From: Candidatus Bipolaricaulaceae bacterium
GTDB taxonomy: Bacteria > Bipolaricaulota > Bipolaricaulia > Bipolaricaulales > Bipolaricaulaceae
Reading direction: 5' to 3'
DNA length: 64,000 bases
Assembly (NCBI GenBank): GCA_049975705.1
Contig: JBNGCS010000007.1
Location: 1-64,000, forward strand
Part shown: in pieces, positions 18,688-30,145 of the stretch
Layout: every line of letters begins with the position of its first letter
Position numbering within the stretch: the stretch's first letter is position 1
The notes under the pieces: generated by a model
The model's database searches: none
Seen by the model: the letters and a program-made list of their open reading frames with translations, nothing else
Told to the model about the DNA's origin: nothing
Program-made: the position numbers and the translations under genes

Positions 18688-19533
18688 GTGAGGCTGCGGC
18701 TGGAATGGGGCGCCATCTGGCTCATGCGGGTGGTGGGGGGCGCGATCCTCACCGCCGCGGTGGCCTTCCCCTTCTACTGGATGGTGATCGCCTCCCTCAA
18801 ACCCCTCACCGTGCTACTGGCCAACCCCACGGACATCGGCATCAACCCCACGGAGATGACCTTCCGGGCCTACCCGCAGATCTGGCTGGGGTTCGATTTC
18901 CAGCGCTACTTCTTCAACAGCGCGTATGTCTCCCTGATGACAGTGCTGCTGTCGGTGTCCATGGCCACCCTGGGTGCGTACGCAGTCGCCCGGCTGCGGT
19001 TCCGCGGCCGCACCATGCTTTCCCGGAGCATTCTCCTCGTGTACATGTTCCCCGCCATCGCAGTGGCCGTGCCCATCTACGTGATCTTCAGCAAGCTGGG
19101 GCTGCGCAATAACCTCAACGGGTTGGTGATCTTCTACCTTGCCCAGACGTTCCCGGTGGCGCTGTACATGCTCCACTCCTACTTCAAGACGTTGCCGGCT
19201 GACCTGGAGGAGGCAGGCCTCATCGACGGCTGCTCGCGGCTGTCGGTGATCTGGCGCATTACCGTGCCCCTGTCCCTGCCGGCCATGATGTCGGTGGCGC
19301 TGTACACGTTCATGATCGCTTGGAACGAGTTCCTGTTCGCTTTCCTGTTTCTGGACTCGCCTGCGGCCTATACATTGCCCCGGGGCATCCAGCAGGTGGC
19401 TCACAACATCAACGTATCCCAGCAGCTCCTGATGGCCGGTTCGGTGATCGCCACCCTGCCGGTGGTCATCGTCTTCCTGGCCTTCGAGCGGTACCTGGTG
19501 CGGGGTCTGACCGCCGGCGGGGTCAAGGGCTGA
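18688..19533 (+). CDS. sugar ABC transporter permease (MalG/UgpE-like)
   Basis: GTG start 1 nt after previous stop; EAA loop EEAGLIDGCSR; six TM segments. Confidence 0.8.
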   Translation: MRLRLEWGAIWLMRVVGGAILTAAVAFPFYWMVIASLKPLTVLLANPTDIGINPTEMTFRAYPQIWLGFDFQRYFFNSAYVSLMTVLLSVSMATLGAYAVARLRFRGRTMLSRSILLVYMFPAIAVAVPIYVIFSKLGLRNNLNGLVIFYLAQTFPVALYMLHSYFKTLPADLEEAGLIDGCSRLSVIWRITVPLSLPAMMSVALYTFMIAWNEFLFAFLFLDSPAAYTLPRGIQQVAHNINVSQQLLMAGSVIATLPVVIVFLAFERYLVRGLTAGGVKG

Positions 19534-19543
19534 CCTCGACAGT

Positions 19544-20699
19544 GGACCTTCCTCAGGTGGCGGTGGTGGTGCCCACCTACTGGTGCGGCAGCCTGCCCGA
19601 CCGCGGGCCGTTCGACCATCCCACCCCCCTGAGCTCGCCGTCCCCCCTGGAGCGGCTGCTGGCAAGCTTGGCCATCCAGCGGGGCGTGGAGTTCCTGCTG
19701 GTGGTGTTAGTGGCCACCCACCCACCATGGGTTTCGCCGGAGGCGGAGAAGGAGGTGGGTCGGAACCTGGCCGGGTTCCGGGGGAACTGGCCGGTGGTCG
19801 TAGTCGGTCACCGGGAGGCAGCCTGGCTGCAGCGGTGGGCTGGCAGCTGGGGTTTCCCCCCCGGGGCGGTGGGGCTTGCTGGGTACGGACAGGTACGCAA
19901 TCTGCAGCTCCTCGTGCCCTACCTCCTCGGGGCGCAGGTGACGGTGGCCGTGGACGACGATGAGGTCCTGCCGCCTGAGTACCTAAGGCGGGCCACCGCC
20001 CACGTGGGGCGGCGGCTGGCCGGCCGGCCCATCCTCGGGGTGGGGGGCCTGTACCAGGACCCGCAAGGGGACGTTAGCCTCCCAGCGGGCGCGCCCACCG
20101 GCAACCCCTTCCTTGACAAGGCCCAGCTGATAAACGCCACCGTGGCCAGGCTCGCCGCTGGCCCGGGGCGGTTGGTCGATACCCCGCTGGCGTTTGGGGG
20201 GAACATGGTGTTTGGCAGGGAGCTGGTCTCCCAGGTCCCCTTTGACCCCTGGGTTGGCCGCGGGGAGGACATCGACTACGTGCTGTCGGCCCGCATCCGC
20301 GGCATCCGGTTCTGGCTGGACAAGCAGCTGATGGTGACCCACCTGCCTCCGGCTGCCTACCGGGCCTCTGCCTGCGCCATGCTCCGGCGGGACGTGTACC
20401 GGTTCCTGTACGAGAGGGCCAAGCTGAACGAGGCCTGCGCCCACGGGCTGGCCGGCGAGCTGGACTTGGAGCCCTACCCCGGACAGCTGCTGGGCGACCG
20501 GCTGGAGCTGCAGGCGGCGGCGCTGCGGGCGGTGTGCGGGGGAAGGCGCGCCGAGACCTTCGTCGGCGCTGCCCGCCGCCAGGCGGACAGGCGCAGCGGG
20601 GCTTACTTCCCCCTGCAGGAGCGCTGGACAGTCTTGCTCGCCACCGGGGGTGTGGATCGGCGGGCGCGTGGATTCGTGCGCGGATTGGCTGAGCGCTGA
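19544..20699 (+). CDS. glycosyltransferase family 2-like (GT-A fold)
   Basis: DxD-like VAVDDDE; GGNMVFGR...GEDIDY motif typical of GT2 catalytic core; start GTG shortly after permease stop (no clear RBS). Confidence 0.5.
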
Positions 20700-20820
20700 A
20701 GGCGGCCACCCGTCTTGTCCGGCGGTGTCCCCAGTCGGGTGTGTCGGTCCGTCAGTTCCTTGTGTCTGCTCAGCCAGTGCCTACAATACAGCTCCAAATG
20801 AGGTGTGTTGTCTGATCCCG

Positions 20821-22197
20821 ATGTCGCGTATTGGCATCTGTCATTTTCGCGTTGGGGAAACTGACGGGGTCTCCCTGGAGATCGAGAAGTGGCGGGCAGC
20901 GCTGGAGAGTTTGGGTCACACGGTGCTGCTTTGCGCCGGTCGGTGCGGCGACGGGGAGGCGTTCATCATCCCGGAGCTGTCCCTGGACCACCCTGAGGTG
21001 GCCAATATTCGGAACAACGCGTTCGGGGTATTCGCCGACTACCCGTCTGAGCAAGCGCTTCATGACCATATCGAGGAGCTGGCAGCGCGCATTGAGTATG
21101 GGCTGCGCCATTTTGTGGACGTCTACGATATCGACGTGCTGGTGGTGGAGAACCTCTGGTCGCTCTCCCCCCACTTGTCGGCCACCCTGGCCGTGTGGCG
21201 CACGGTGCGGGACCTGAACCTACCTGCCGTCGCCCACCATCACGACTTCTATTGGGAGAAGGAGGATTATCGCGGTCCCACCTGCCGGGTGGTCAAGCGG
21301 CTGTTGTCCACCATGTATCCGCCGCGTGACCCCCGGGTGGTACACGTGGTGATCAACAAACTCGCTCAGGCCCAGCTGGGCCGGCAGGGCATCCCCGCCT
21401 TGGTGATTCCCAACGTGTTGGACTTCCAGGCCCGCTGGCCGGTCGACGAGTACAACTGCGACCTGCGGGAGGCGTTGGGGCTCTCCCCGGGCGACGTGGT
21501 CTTGCTCCAGGCCACCCGGGTGGTGCGCCGCAAAGGCATTGAACTGGCTGTCGACCTGGCGGCGGCCTTGGCCCGCCGTAGGTTCCGGGCTTCCCTGCGG
21601 CGACGCGCGGCGGCGCGCGGGGCGGCAGGTGGCGGCCGGGTGGTGCTGGTACTGCCCAATTCGGTGGAGGACCCGGCGTATCGGGACCAGCTTGGGGCGC
21701 ACATTGAGCGGCGTCAGGTGGACGCTCGCTTCGTGTCCTCGCAGTTTGCCCACCAGCGGCGGCGCGAGAGGGGAAGCAAGGTCTACTCGTTTTGGGACAG
21801 CTATCTGCTGGCCGACCTGATGACCTACCCATCCTTGCAGGAGGGCTGGGGCAACCAGCTCCTGGAGGGGATGTGGGCGAGGCTGCCAGTGGCGCTATTC
21901 GAGTATCCTGTGTTCTGTTCAGACATCGCCCCGTTGGGCTTTGACTACGTGTCCCTGGGGCGGGAGGCCCGTCGGGGAGATGAGGGCCTGGTGTCCGTGC
22001 CACCTCCCATCGTGGACCATGCCGCTCGCCAGGCGGCCGACCTGTTGGGGGACTCCGAACGGTACCAGTGGATGGTGGAGCACAACTTCGCCCTGGCCAG
22101 CCGCCACTTCTCCATGGACCGGCTGCAGCAGCAGCTGGGCCAGGTGGTGGCCGCGGGATTGAGCTGTGCAGGGGGCACGGTTGCCCGCGCCCGTTGA
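20821..22197 (+). CDS. glycosyltransferase family 4 (retaining GT-B)
   Basis: ATG 20821 (MSRIGICHF..); C-terminal E-x7-E-like GT4 region; paralog of 30146..31393 (shared N-terminal G.TDGVSLE..KW motif). Confidence 0.7.
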   Translation: MSRIGICHFRVGETDGVSLEIEKWRAALESLGHTVLLCAGRCGDGEAFIIPELSLDHPEVANIRNNAFGVFADYPSEQALHDHIEELAARIEYGLRHFVDVYDIDVLVVENLWSLSPHLSATLAVWRTVRDLNLPAVAHHHDFYWEKEDYRGPTCRVVKRLLSTMYPPRDPRVVHVVINKLAQAQLGRQGIPALVIPNVLDFQARWPVDEYNCDLREALGLSPGDVVLLQATRVVRRKGIELAVDLAAALARRRFRASLRRRAAARGAAGGGRVVLVLPNSVEDPAYRDQLGAHIERRQVDARFVSSQFAHQRRRERGSKVYSFWDSYLLADLMTYPSLQEGWGNQLLEGMWARLPVALFEYPVFCSDIAPLGFDYVSLGREARRGDEGLVSVPPPIVDHAARQAADLLGDSERYQWMVEHNFALASRHFSMDRLQQQLGQVVAAGLSCAGGTVARAR

Positions 22198-23341
22198 GCT
22201 GGTGGTGGGGGTGTGCACCAAGGATTGCGCTTCCACGGTGGGGCATGTGCTGGAGGTGGTGGATCAGGGCCTGGCCGGCAGTTTCCCCGACCACCGGGCG
22301 CTGATTGTCGTTTCAGATGGCTTCTCACAAGATGGGACCCGCGAGGTGGCCGGCCGGACCCCGACTCGGGCCGAGAAGGTGGTGGAGGAGCAGCGAGGCC
22401 CGCCGGGCAAGGGAGTGGGGGTGCGGACGATCCTGGAGCTGGCCCAGCAGCGGGGCGCCCGGGCGGTGGCGCTGGTGGACGGGGATCTGTTGAGTGTCCA
22501 ACCCCACTGGGTTAAGCTGCTGCTGGAGCCGATTCTGACCGGAGGTCAGTTGGTGGTCCCGCTGTACTTGCGCCACCCCCACGACGGGGTGATCACCAAT
22601 CACGTGGTCTACCCACTGGTGAACGTGCTGTTCGGCTTGGGTGTGCGCCAGCCCATCGGGGGCGAATTCGGCTTATCCGGAGAGCTGGGGGCAAGGCTGC
22701 TGGATGACGCGGCCTTTCCGAACGAGTTTGGCATCGACGTGTTCATCACCGTCTCCGGCGCGGTCGCCGGCGGGCGGACGGTGCAAGCCGCGCTCGGCGT
22801 CAAGGCGCATGAATCGACCCAACGCTACGTCGACCCGGAGGCCCTGTTGGTGCCCATGTTCCATCAGGTGACCGGCACCCTGTTCCGGCTCGTCCATCAT
22901 TTCCGCGACCACGTCCGTCAGGTGCGGTCAGTACGGGCTGTGCCCCAGGTGGGCAAACTGCCGGCCGCGGACCTAACTCCGGTGCCGGTGGATCGGCCTC
23001 GGCTGCTGGCCCGGTTCCGCAGCCTGGTGGCCGAGCGGGTGACCGGCCGAGCCACGTTCCTGGGCAAGCTGGGCCCGGAGGTCGTCGCCTTGGGCAAGCA
23101 GCAGCCTGATCAGTTCAGCTTCCCGCTGCGGTTGTGGGCCGAGGGACTCTACCGGGCGGTGGCCGCCTTCGCGGCCGACCCCGGCGGGACGCTCCGGGTG
23201 TTGGAGGCGCTGTGGCAGGGTCGTTATCTGGGGTTTGTGTGCGAGACGGCCGGCCTGTCGGCCGAAGAGGCCGAGGCGCGCATCCAGGAGCAACTGGCGA
23301 CCTTCTGGGAGTTCAGGCCCAGCCTGGAGGAATTGTTGTGA
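22166..23341 (+). CDS. glycosyltransferase, GT-A fold (GT2-like)
   Basis: N-terminal ..LIVVSDGFSQDGTREV.. resembles GT2 nucleotide-binding region; stop overlaps next start (GTGA). Confidence 0.5.
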   Translation: MQGARLPAPVELVVGVCTKDCASTVGHVLEVVDQGLAGSFPDHRALIVVSDGFSQDGTREVAGRTPTRAEKVVEEQRGPPGKGVGVRTILELAQQRGARAVALVDGDLLSVQPHWVKLLLEPILTGGQLVVPLYLRHPHDGVITNHVVYPLVNVLFGLGVRQPIGGEFGLSGELGARLLDDAAFPNEFGIDVFITVSGAVAGGRTVQAALGVKAHESTQRYVDPEALLVPMFHQVTGTLFRLVHHFRDHVRQVRSVRAVPQVGKLPAADLTPVPVDRPRLLARFRSLVAERVTGRATFLGKLGPEVVALGKQQPDQFSFPLRLWAEGLYRAVAAFAADPGGTLRVLEALWQGRYLGFVCETAGLSAEEAEARIQEQLATFWEFRPSLEELL

Positions 23342-24243
23342 GGACCGTTGTCCTGGCCGGCGGCTTCGCCAAGCGGCTGTGGCCCATCACCCTCGACCGG
23401 CCCAAGCCTCTGCTCCCGGTGGCTGGCAAGCCTATCCTGGACTACATCATGGACCGCTATCCACTGTCGGACCCCCCCATCCTGTCGGTGAACCGCAGGT
23501 TTACGGAGGCCTTCTCCGGCTGGAGCCGGGCCAAGGGCCGGCAAGTGGAGCTGGTGGTGGAGGAGACCCGCAGTGAGGAGGAGAAGCTGGGGTCGGTGGG
23601 TGCGTTGGCCTACGTGATCGATCGGCTGTCCCTGGACGACGATCTGCTGGTCGTGGGGGGGGACAACCTATTCGACTTCGATCTGGGAGAGTTCGTGAAC
23701 AGCTTCCACGGCGAGACCCTGGTGGCCCTCTACGACCTGGGCGACCCAGCCCGGGCCCGCCGTCGTTATGGGGTGGCACTGGTGGAGGGCGGCCGGGTGA
23801 AGGGGTTCCAGGAGAAGCCCGATCACCCCCGCTCCCAGCTGGCGAGCACCGCCTGCTACGTATTCCCCCGCCAGGTGCTGCCGCTGATCCGCACGTTCCT
23901 CGCCCAGGCCGAGGCCGGCCAGGATGCCCCCGGCTACTTCCTGGAGTGGCTGCGCGCGCGAAAGCCAATCGACGCGTTCGTGTTCGGGGAGGGGTGGTTC
24001 GACGTCGGGGGGCGGTCGGCCTACATCGAGGCGAACCTCCACTATCACGGCGGCCGCAGTTGGGTCCACCCGCGGGCCCGACTGGAGGGTGCGTGTGTGG
24101 AGCGCTCGGTGGTGATCGGCCCTTGTCGGATCGAGGGCGCCCGCCTCACAGGCTGCGTGGTAGACGAGGACGCCCAGATTACGGGGGTGGACCTACGCGA
24201 CGCCCTGGTGGGACGGGGCAGCTGGCTGCGCGGCGATGACTGA
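23338..24243 (+). CDS. sugar-phosphate nucleotidyltransferase (NTP_transferase family) with C-terminal left-handed beta-helix
   Basis: GTG start VRTVVLAGGFAKRLWPITLDRPKPLLPVAGKPIL = canonical G-x-G-x-R-L...KPLL motif; hexapeptide-repeat-like C-terminus. Confidence 0.65.
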   Translation: MRTVVLAGGFAKRLWPITLDRPKPLLPVAGKPILDYIMDRYPLSDPPILSVNRRFTEAFSGWSRAKGRQVELVVEETRSEEEKLGSVGALAYVIDRLSLDDDLLVVGGDNLFDFDLGEFVNSFHGETLVALYDLGDPARARRRYGVALVEGGRVKGFQEKPDHPRSQLASTACYVFPRQVLPLIRTFLAQAEAGQDAPGYFLEWLRARKPIDAFVFGEGWFDVGGRSAYIEANLHYHGGRSWVHPRARLEGACVERSVVIGPCRIEGARLTGCVVDEDAQITGVDLRDALVGRGSWLRGDD

Positions 24244-24305
24244 CCTCACCCCGGCCTTGGCGTTGACAGTCAGGTGGTCTGCCTTGACAATGGATTATCC
24301 AATCT

Positions 24306-25031
24306 GTGAGGTGGTTGTGCGTGCGTAGTCTGTCAATCGTAGTCTTGGCCCTAGGACTGACCTTCTGCGGCCTGGCCCAACAAGCCGAGTCCCCGCCGGC
24401 AACGCCGGTGGCTGTGGTGAACGGCGAGGAGATCAGCCGCCAGGAGCTGAACCAGGCGACGAATCTCTCTCAGATCATCTTCAACATCTACCAGAGCTTC
24501 CCCTCCTTTGCCCAGACCCTGCTCACCACGGAGGAGGGAGAGGCGTTGCTGCGGCGCTATGAGCGCGACGTGCTGGACAGGATCGTCCTGCGGCGGCTCC
24601 AGCTGCAGCAGGCCCGGGCGCGGGGCATCGAGCCGGATCCGGACCGGGTCGATGAGCGGACCCAGCAGACCATGGACCGCATCCTCGAGCAGAATGATCT
24701 CACCCAGGAGCAGCTGACCGAGGTCCTCGCCCAGCAAGGGCGCACGGTGGAGAACTTCAGGGCGGACGTCGCCCGTCAGGTCCGGGAGCAGCTGCAGCTG
24801 GAGGAGCTGCGAGACCGGGTGACTGAACAGGCTACGGTGAGCGACCAGGAAATCCAGGACTACTACGCCGCCCACCCGGACCGGTTTACCGACGATGCAG
24901 GCAAGCAGCAGCCGCTTGAGGAAGGCCGAGACGAGATAACGTCTGTGTTGCTGGACGACAAGAAATCCCAACTGTGGGAGGAGTGGCTGGAGCAGATTCG
25001 CGAGGAGGCTGAGGTCACCGTCAACCTGTGA
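24306..25031 (+). CDS. SurA N-terminal-domain-like periplasmic chaperone/lipoprotein
   Basis: Signal peptide LSIVVLALGLTFCGLAQQ; coiled, acidic body similar to SurA_N/peptidyl-prolyl isomerase-associated chaperone domains. Confidence 0.5.
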   Translation: MRWLCVRSLSIVVLALGLTFCGLAQQAESPPATPVAVVNGEEISRQELNQATNLSQIIFNIYQSFPSFAQTLLTTEEGEALLRRYERDVLDRIVLRRLQLQQARARGIEPDPDRVDERTQQTMDRILEQNDLTQEQLTEVLAQQGRTVENFRADVARQVREQLQLEELRDRVTEQATVSDQEIQDYYAAHPDRFTDDAGKQQPLEEGRDEITSVLLDDKKSQLWEEWLEQIREEAEVTVNL

Positions 25032-25094
25032 GCAGGCCTGGACGAGGTGCGGCCTCAGGGGGCGGCGGGTCCTGGGGCCGCCAGCCGGGCGACT

Positions 25095-25559
25095 TCAGGT
25101 GTGGAATGCCTCGTACTGGTCGGCTTCCGAGGCCGGCTCTGTCTCCTCGGCCTCGCTGGGGAACTGGATGTCCTGGACGTAGACGTCCACATTGGCGACC
25201 TTGACGTTGGTCATCCCCTCGACTTCCTCGACCACCTTCTTCTGGATCTCCCGGGCTACATCGTGGAGGGGGCGCCCGTAGTGGAGTACCACGTGGAGCG
25301 TGAACTCCACGTCGGACTCGCCCAAGACCACGTCGATCCCCCGATTTCGTCCCCCGAAGATGCCCACCACGCCCCCGACCCGTCCGCCCCGCACCTCTTC
25401 CAGGTTGCGGACCTGGAACGCGGCATGTTCGGCCAGCGCGGTGAGCACCCCTTCGGAGACGTAGATCTTCCCGCGCTCGCCTGCGGTCTCGCTGTAGCGG
25501 CGGCGCTCGGCTGGACCTTTCTCCTGAGCTTCGCGGCCAACTTCCTGCTCGGCGTCCAT
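25095..25559 (-). CDS. Asp23/Gls24-family (alkaline shock protein 23) stress protein
   Basis: Internal ATG start MDAEQEV..; ..IYVSEGVLTALAEHAAFQV..GG..IGIFGG..VEFTLHVVLHYG.. typical Asp23 pattern. Confidence 0.7.
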   Translation of the reverse strand: MDAEQEVGREAQEKGPAERRRYSETAGERGKIYVSEGVLTALAEHAAFQVRNLEEVRGGRVGGVVGIFGGRNRGIDVVLGESDVEFTLHVVLHYGRPLHDVAREIQKKVVEEVEGMTNVKVANVDVYVQDIQFPSEAEETEPASEADQYEAFHT

Positions 25560-25618
25560 CGTACTCCCCCCTTTCCGGAGCATGATACCACGCCGGGGCG
25601 CACCAGCGCCCGCCGGGC

Positions 25619-28087
25619 TCACCCGACGCGGAAGCCCAGTCGCGCCCCAAGCTGTGCGAACGCTCGCATCCACCCCTGGGCAGCCTGGTCGCCGGCATCG
25701 GCTTGTGCCTCAACTTGCGGCCGGATTTGGCGGGACATTTCGTAGTACGTGTTTTGCACTTGCCAAAGGTCGACCTCGAACGGGAAATCCAGTGCGGCGG
25801 AGATGCGGTCCTTGACTTCAGTTATTCTGGCCGGCTCGGCCGCCGCCGCGGCCGCCCAGCGGGCGAGTCGCTGCAACGCTTGGGCCAGGGCGTGGCCCAG
25901 GGTCACCCGATCCAGGGCGAGGTTCCTGTCTTGTGCTTCCTCCACCAGCCCCCGGGCCGTGGGCAGGTCGGGGTCGTCGCGGGCCAAGGCTCGCTGTATC
26001 TGGCGGTTCAACACGAACTGGGCGGCTGCCCGTAGGGCTTCAGGGGCGGGGATCCCCAAGTCGGCGAGGAACAGAAGCAGCGAACTGTTCTCCTCGTAGA
26101 TGTGTTGGTACTCGGATTCCACCTGGGACAACGTGGCCGCCAGGATGCTGTCCACTGTCCGGCGCTGTTCGTCTCGAAACAGTGATCTCAACGAGTAACG
26201 CGGCGGGCCGAACCCACCATCCAGCGCGCGGAGCGTCTCGGGAAGGTCGCCGGCCAGGAATGGCCGGGTTAAGTCGGCAACCACCTGCCGGTACGCCTGG
26301 GGTCCTGGGTACTCCTTTACCCCACCCGACAGGTTGTGGTCCCCGAGGTGCAGGACTCCGAAGGCCAGCTCAGCTGTCTCCCAGGTGATCTGCGAAGTCA
26401 CCCGCGCGTGCCCCACGGCCAGCCGGGCCGGCCCCACCTCCCGCAGTTGGTGGTCCCCGCGGTCCACGGTGAAGCAGTACACCGAGTCCCGTTCTCCGTA
26501 GCCGTCGAACAGGGAGCTGATCGCATAGTGGGCGGCCACGTGTGGCAAGTCGACCCGGGCCGGCCGCACCTGGGTCTCGTAGATCTGGCGGCCGTCCGCG
26601 TGCTCGGGCAGGTTGCTCTTGGCCCGCTCCAGGCGGGCGAGGAACTCCGTCTCCAGCTGGTTGCCAAACAGCTCCTGGGCGAGCTGAAGGGCCCGGCCGG
26701 CGTAGCGGATGACCTGGACCGTCTCGATCCCGGACAGCTCGGCAAAGAACCAACCGCAGCTGGTGTACATCAGCATGGCGTGGCGCTGCATCTCCAACAG
26801 CTTGAGCGCGCGGACCTTGTCCGCGGGGGTCAGCTCCCGCGCGGCGTGCTGGGCCAACAGCTGGTCCGCGGACTGCGGCGAACGGGCAATGACAACGTGC
26901 CCGTAGTCGTCCCGCGCCGCCCACGGGTCCTTAAACAGCTCCCTGCCCGAGTCCGTGAACCGTACGGCCAGCGCGTCGCGGAGCCAGTCAAAAGCCTCCC
27001 GCAGAGGACCCCGCCAGGACTGATTCCACTCTGGCCGGCCCCCGCTGACACAGCCACAATCGGCCTGCCAGCGGTCTAGGCCGTGGGCACAGCTCCACGA
27101 AGTGTTCTCGGCGATCTCCACCTCCCACTGCGGGGGGTGACGGGCCAGGAACTCGCCGTAGTTGGTGAGCTCGACCTCCGACGCAGACGCCAGCGAGTGG
27201 AGGGCGTAGGCCAGGGCCATGTCCCCGTGGCGGTGGTGGTGTCCGTAGGACTCCCCGTCGGTAGCCAGGTGTACCAAGGACGCGGCATCCGCCTGGTTCG
27301 GAAAAGCGGACATCAGCCGCTGGGCGAACGCCTCCCCGCTCCTCAGCAGCCCCTCGAAGGCCACCGCTTGGGCCAGCGGACCGTGGTAGAAGAAGACCGT
27401 CAGCTCCCCGCCCGCGGGCAGCCGTACCCGGTACGGCCGGGTGGGGTCCACCCGCCCTCCGGAGACGTCCTGCCACTCGCCGCCGGCCAGGGGACGCACG
27501 CGAGCTGCTTGGTGCGGGGCGAGGATGGTGAACGTGATCCCCGCCTCGGCCAACGTCTCCAAGGTGGGGATGTCCACAGCGGTCTCGGGCAGCCACATCC
27601 CTTCGGGGGCCCGCCCGAACCGGCGGCGGAAGTCGGCCACCCCCCAGATCACCTGGGTGCGGCGGTCGCGTGAATTGGCCAGGGGCAGGATGATGTGGTT
27701 GTAGGGCTGGGCCAAGGCGTTCCCGTGGCCGGACAAGCGGTCACGGCTCCCCCGGTCGGCCTCCAGGATGCGGGCGTACACGTCCGGCCGCTTGCTCTCC
27801 AGCCAGCTCAGCAACGTGGGGCCGAAGTTGAAACTGATGTGGGCGTAGTTGTTGACGATGTCCGCAATGCGGCCTTCCTCGTCCAGGATGCGGGAGGCGG
27901 AGTTGGGGGCGTAGCACTCGGCCGTCACCCGCTCGTTCCAGTCGTGGAACGGGTAGGCCGAGTCCTGGACCTCCACCGCCTCCAGCCACGGGTTCTCCCG
28001 CGGCGGCTGGTAGAAATGGCCGTGAACGCACACGTAGCGGTCCGTCAACTCGTCCCCCCTGCTGCGTTCGTCGTGGTTCGCCGCCAC
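25619..28087 (-). CDS. glycoside hydrolase family 57 protein with C-terminal DUF3536-like extension
   Basis: N-terminal [19 protein letters not shown] and ..[13 protein letters not shown].. GH57 catalytic motifs; 822 aa. Confidence 0.8.
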   Translation of the reverse strand: MAANHDERSRGDELTDRYVCVHGHFYQPPRENPWLEAVEVQDSAYPFHDWNERVTAECYAPNSASRILDEEGRIADIVNNYAHISFNFGPTLLSWLESKRPDVYARILEADRGSRDRLSGHGNALAQPYNHIILPLANSRDRRTQVIWGVADFRRRFGRAPEGMWLPETAVDIPTLETLAEAGITFTILAPHQAARVRPLAGGEWQDVSGGRVDPTRPYRVRLPAGGELTVFFYHGPLAQAVAFEGLLRSGEAFAQRLMSAFPNQADAASLVHLATDGESYGHHHRHGDMALAYALHSLASASEVELTNYGEFLARHPPQWEVEIAENTSWSCAHGLDRWQADCGCVSGGRPEWNQSWRGPLREAFDWLRDALAVRFTDSGRELFKDPWAARDDYGHVVIARSPQSADQLLAQHAARELTPADKVRALKLLEMQRHAMLMYTSCGWFFAELSGIETVQVIRYAGRALQLAQELFGNQLETEFLARLERAKSNLPEHADGRQIYETQVRPARVDLPHVAAHYAISSLFDGYGERDSVYCFTVDRGDHQLREVGPARLAVGHARVTSQITWETAELAFGVLHLGDHNLSGGVKEYPGPQAYRQVVADLTRPFLAGDLPETLRALDGGFGPPRYSLRSLFRDEQRRTVDSILAATLSQVESEYQHIYEENSSLLLFLADLGIPAPEALRAAAQFVLNRQIQRALARDDPDLPTARGLVEEAQDRNLALDRVTLGHALAQALQRLARWAAAAAAEPARITEVKDRISAALDFPFEVDLWQVQNTYYEMSRQIRPQVEAQADAGDQAAQGWMRAFAQLGARLGFRVG

Positions 28088-29964
28088 TGGAGGAAAATGA
28101 TCCCCAACGGGGGCAGGGTGAGGTGAACGGAGCAGGGGCGGCCGTGGGCGCCGCTCGCCGTGGTCCAGCGGCCCCCCATGTTCCCCCAGCCGCTACCGCC
28201 GTATTCGCGAGCGTCGCTGTTCAGTACCTCGCTCCAGTGTCCGCTCCGGGGGACGCCCACCGGGTAGCCCTCGCGGGGCACCGGGGTGAAGTTGGCGGCC
28301 ACCAGCAGCAGCTGGTCGGGGGAAGTTCCGAACCGCAGGAAGGTCACTGCACTGGCGGCCGCGTCGTCGGCGTCCACCCACTGGAACCCCTCCGGCGAGA
28401 AGTCCAGCTCATACAAGGCTGGGTTCCCTTGGTGGAGGCGGTTGAGATCCTGGACCCATCTTCGCAGGCCCGCATGGTCGCGATCTTGGAGGAGCTCCCA
28501 CTCCAGCTCGCTGTCGTGCTGCCATTCCGACTGCTGGCCGAACTCCCCGCCCATGAACAGGAGTTTCTTCCCGGGCAGGGCGTACATGTACCCCAGGAGG
28601 AGCCGCAAGTTGGCCAGTCGACGCCATCGGTCCCAGGGCATCTTCTCCAGCAGCGACCGCTTGCCGTGCACCACCTCATCGTGGGACAGGGGGAGGACGA
28701 AGTTCTCCGATAAAGCATAGATCATCCGGAATGTGAGCTGATTATGGTGGTACTTGCGGTGGACGGGGTCCCGGCTCAAGTAGTCAAGCGTGTCATGCAT
28801 CCATCCCATGTCCCACTTCATCCCGAACCCCAGGCCGCCCGCATAGGTCGGCCGGGACACCTTGGGCCAGGCGGTGGACTCCTCGGCCACCGTCTGCACG
28901 TCAGGGAAGCGGCGGTAGACCTCTGTGTTCAGCTGTTTGAGGAACGAGATGGCCTCCAAGTTCTCGTTTCCTCCGTAATCGTTGGGGAGCCACTCCCCCT
29001 CTTGCCGCGAGTAGTCGAGGTAGAGCATGGAGGCCACCGCGTCCACCCGCAGCCCGTCGGCGTGGTACGTATCGAGCCAGAACAGTGCGGAGGAGAGCAG
29101 GAAAGACCGGACCTCCGGGCGGCCGTAGTTGAAGATGAAAGAATTCCAGTCAGGGTGGAAACCGCGGCGCGGGTCGGCGTGCTCGTACAGGTGGGTCCCG
29201 TCGAAGAAGCCCAGCCCGTGCTCGTCGGCCGGGAAGTGGGAGGGAACCCAGTCCAGGATGACCCCAATCCCGTGCTGGTGCAGGATGTCCACCAGGTACA
29301 TGAAGTCCTGCGGCGCGCCGTACCGCGACGTGGGGGCGAAGTAGCCGGTGGTCTGGTAACCCCACGAGCCGTAGAACGGGTGTTCCATGACTGGCAGGAA
29401 CTCCACGTGGGTGAACCCCATGTCCACCAGATACTCAGCCAGCCTCGGCGCCAGCTCCCGATAGGAGAGGAACCTCCCCCCTGCCCCCCGCTGCCAGGAG
29501 CCCAGGTGGACTTCGTAGATGGCCAGGGGGCCGGCAAGGGCGTTGCGTTGGCTGCGCCTTGCCATCCACGCCTGGTCTCCCCAACGGTAGTCCAAGTCCC
29601 ACACCACGGAAGCAGTGCCCGGCGCCCGCTGGTGGTAGTGGCCCACCGGGTCGGCCTTGTCTACTTGGTAGCCGGCGTAGCGGGATGAGATGTGATACTT
29701 GTACAGGGCCCCCTTGCCCGCTTCGGGGACGTGACCGGCCCAGATTCCCGACCTCCCCTGTGGCTCCAGCAGGTGGGCCCGCTTGTCCCAGCCGTTGAAG
29801 TCGCCGATCACCGAGACTCTCTCCGCATCCGGCGCCCACACGGCAAACTGCGTCCCGGCGTCCCGCGGCAACAGATGAGCTCCCAATACCTCGTGCAGCC
29901 GCAGGTGTGTTCCCTGGTTGAACAAGTACAGGTCGTCCGCGGTCAGCTGGCGATGCGCCGTCAT
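28045..29964 (-). CDS. glgB: 1,4-alpha-glucan branching enzyme (GH13)
   Basis: N-terminal CBM48-like region, GH13 conserved regions ([37 protein letters not shown]). Confidence 0.85.
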   Translation of the reverse strand: MTAHRQLTADDLYLFNQGTHLRLHEVLGAHLLPRDAGTQFAVWAPDAERVSVIGDFNGWDKRAHLLEPQGRSGIWAGHVPEAGKGALYKYHISSRYAGYQVDKADPVGHYHQRAPGTASVVWDLDYRWGDQAWMARRSQRNALAGPLAIYEVHLGSWQRGAGGRFLSYRELAPRLAEYLVDMGFTHVEFLPVMEHPFYGSWGYQTTGYFAPTSRYGAPQDFMYLVDILHQHGIGVILDWVPSHFPADEHGLGFFDGTHLYEHADPRRGFHPDWNSFIFNYGRPEVRSFLLSSALFWLDTYHADGLRVDAVASMLYLDYSRQEGEWLPNDYGGNENLEAISFLKQLNTEVYRRFPDVQTVAEESTAWPKVSRPTYAGGLGFGMKWDMGWMHDTLDYLSRDPVHRKYHHNQLTFRMIYALSENFVLPLSHDEVVHGKRSLLEKMPWDRWRRLANLRLLLGYMYALPGKKLLFMGGEFGQQSEWQHDSELEWELLQDRDHAGLRRWVQDLNRLHQGNPALYELDFSPEGFQWVDADDAAASAVTFLRFGTSPDQLLLVAANFTPVPREGYPVGVPRSGHWSEVLNSDAREYGGSGWGNMGGRWTTASGAHGRPCSVHLTLPPLGIIFLQWRRTTTNAAGGTS

Positions 29965-30145
29965 CTGCCCTCGCTCCCCGAACCCGGGGAAGCCCGCCGT
30001 CTGCGGCGTTCACCGTCGGCTCTGATCATCGGCCCAGTGTACCCAGTTCACTCGCGGTTGGGAAAGCGGGCACTGCAAGCGTTGCACGGTCGCTGCGGCG
30101 CTGGCTAGACTCAGTTCGACAGGCGGGGGGAGGAAAGGAGCGCGG

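Noticed and set aside
20650-20820. MWIGGRV.. N-terminal extension of the GT4 ORF
   Set aside because: Overlaps the upstream gene end; conserved GT4 N-terminus starts at MSRIGICHF (20821).
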